Shown: positions 36,449 to 36,840 of the stretch, piece by piece
How positions within the stretch are numbered: the first letter of the stretch is position 1
Layout of the letters: each line of letters opens with the position of its first letter
Origin: a bacterium
GTDB taxonomy: Bacteria; Hydrothermota; Tepidihabitantia; Tepidihabitantales; Tepidihabitantaceae
Assembly: GCA_046485285.1 (NCBI GenBank)
Contig: JAWOHE010000098.1
Span: 1-36,840 of the forward strand
Direction: 5' to 3'
DNA length: 36,840 nt
Position numbers and translations under genes: made by a program
The notes under the pieces: model-generated
What the model was told of the DNA's origin: nothing
The model's database searches: none
What the model saw: the letters and a program-made list of their open reading frames with translations, nothing else

Positions 36449-36840
36449 GGTGTTGCCTCCTTTGCACCGCGGACACGAATCCGGTCCTCCGGCGCCGATG
36501 GGCACCCATCGTGCCGACTGCCATAGTCCGCACTCTCGCGGCGGTGCCACCGCCCGGCCGCTGACGTCAAGCAGCAGCCCGGCAGCCTCGACGCGCAGGC
36601 GGCCCGCGGTGACCGTGGCCCGGACGCGCACCGGCCACCCGGCCCCGGGCGGCTCCTCCGCTATCCCGCCCGCCTCGTCACGGATGACGTAGACCTGCCG
36701 GCTGTTGAGATGACTGACATACAGCCGCCGGCTGCGCGGGGAGTACGCAAGCTCGAAAGGCGCGTCCTGCACCGGCAGTGTTGTGAGCAACTGCGACCCG
36801 TCGTACGACAGCACCGAAACCTCATCCGAGTAGTTGACGC
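36407..36840 (-). CDS. 3' end of a YncE/YVTN-like secreted protein whose sorting domain appears truncated (5'-partial)
   Basis: Propeller blade 'ELAYSPRSRRLYVSH...VYVIRD', a GIAE linker and LLDVSGR, then non-homologous read-through to TAG 36409-36407. The frame is open to the window edge. Confidence 0.65.
   Translation of the reverse strand, partial: VNYSDEVSVLSYDGSQLLTTLPVQDAPFELAYSPRSRRLYVSHLNSRQVYVIRDEAGGIAEEPPGAGWPVRVRATVTAGRLRVEAAGLLLDVSGRAVAPPRECGLWQSARWVPIGAGGPDSCPRCKGGNTMHRHNQYTNAPPL
36412..36420 (-). repeat. Homopolymer C9 (G9 on + strand), candidate slipped-strand phase-variation tract
   Basis: Nine consecutive G at 36412-36420, the longest run I saw in the window, at the frameshift point. 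Confidence 0.75.

Noticed and set aside
36449-36533. ORF-track start at 36533 for the 568-aa protein
   Set aside because: It gives a ~40-aa atypical extension before the signal peptide with no SD. The strong SD points to ATG 36448 in another frame.

Overview
High-GC bacterial chromosomal window, with no phage, IS, CRISPR, rRNA or tRNA seen. The short C-terminal '...[17 protein letters not shown]...' tails on secreted proteins resemble those I associate with candidate phylum WOR-3 and other FCB-related lineages (inference only). The core is housekeeping: glyA-eno-ftsB-like; a leftward trmI-btuF/C/D-like ABC operon; mreBCD-mrdA-rodA-rlmN; a split eukaryote-AASS-like LKR + saccharopine dehydrogenase pair; a degenerate class-III aminotransferase-tilS-ftsH-dapA-dapB run; a TPR/OmpA lipoprotein-pyrK-pyrD-pyrF-pyrE run; and tldD-tldE. 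Both ends carry secreted repeat/beta-propeller proteins with T9SS-like C-terminal sorting domains. The most unusual signals are six. (1) A C9 homopolymer 9 codons after a strong SD+ATG frameshifts a secreted-protein gene OFF (candidate phase variation). (2) All eight recognisable sigma70-like promoters have a 16-bp spacer, and several give leaderless mRNAs. (3) An intact but catalytically dead (K->Q) aminotransferase heads a lysine-linked cluster. (4) mreC probably starts at ATT. (5) A 12-bp GTTACT G-rich tandem array lies next to an AT-rich tract and a REP-like element. (6) The sorting-domain cassettes are modular, mosaic or truncated.
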